From positions 21,855,296-21,889,970 of the forward strand of contig NC_068986.1 in NCBI RefSeq assembly GCF_001194135.2: a DNA stretch of 34,675 nucleotides, written 5' to 3'. Shown here piece after piece: positions 34,532-34,675 of the stretch. The position numbers were made by a program, and so were the translations under genes. This stretch comes from Octopus bimaculoides. Its lineage: Eukaryota. Every line of letters starts with the position of its first letter. The stretch's first letter is position 1. The notes beneath the pieces were generated by a model that was not told where the DNA came from, did not search any database, and saw only the letters and a list, made by a program, of their open reading frames with translations.

Positions 34532-34675
34532 CGTATGATGTGGGGGCCCTTGGCGGTGGTGGTGCGTGTGATGGGGAGGGGCCTTTGTGGTGGTGCCGTG
34601 CATGATGGAGGAGAGGCCTCTGCGGTGGCGCCATACACAATGGGGGGGGTCGGCAGCGCCACGCGCGATGGGGGG
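34532..34675. repeat. GC-rich degenerate minisatellite (about 33-bp unit), cut by the window end
   Basis: Units GATG(G)n..GGCC..TG(C/T)GGTGG(T/C)GC.. start near 34537, 34570, 34604, 34639 and 34667. Confidence 0.6.

Overview
AT-rich, microsatellite-dense animal genomic DNA with three N-gaps. The repeat families look like Octopus (inferred from recalled SINE/RTE families, not searched). The window is dominated by one minus-strand gene, a long-chain acyl-CoA synthetase of the ACSL1/5/6 family. I traced 18 consecutive coding exons (30989 down to the stop at 3288; 1716 nt, 571 aa plus stop), with every junction GT-AG and in phase; the N-terminal exons lie beyond the window end. The introns are packed with tRNA-derived SINEs, RTE and CR1/L2 LINE remnants, and MITEs of several superfamilies. 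Two observations are not explained by the gene or the repeats. First, a CpG-rich cluster of housekeeping-promoter motifs (NRF1 x2, ETS x2, YY1, E2F, ZNF143 half-site) sits in the middle of the gene at about 17460-17600. Second, a sharply bounded 206-bp unit is duplicated within one intron (9023-9228 and 9788-9994); its stems are conserved while its loops vary, as expected of a structured ncRNA, and it resembles the 5' domain of U17/SNORA73 as I recall it.
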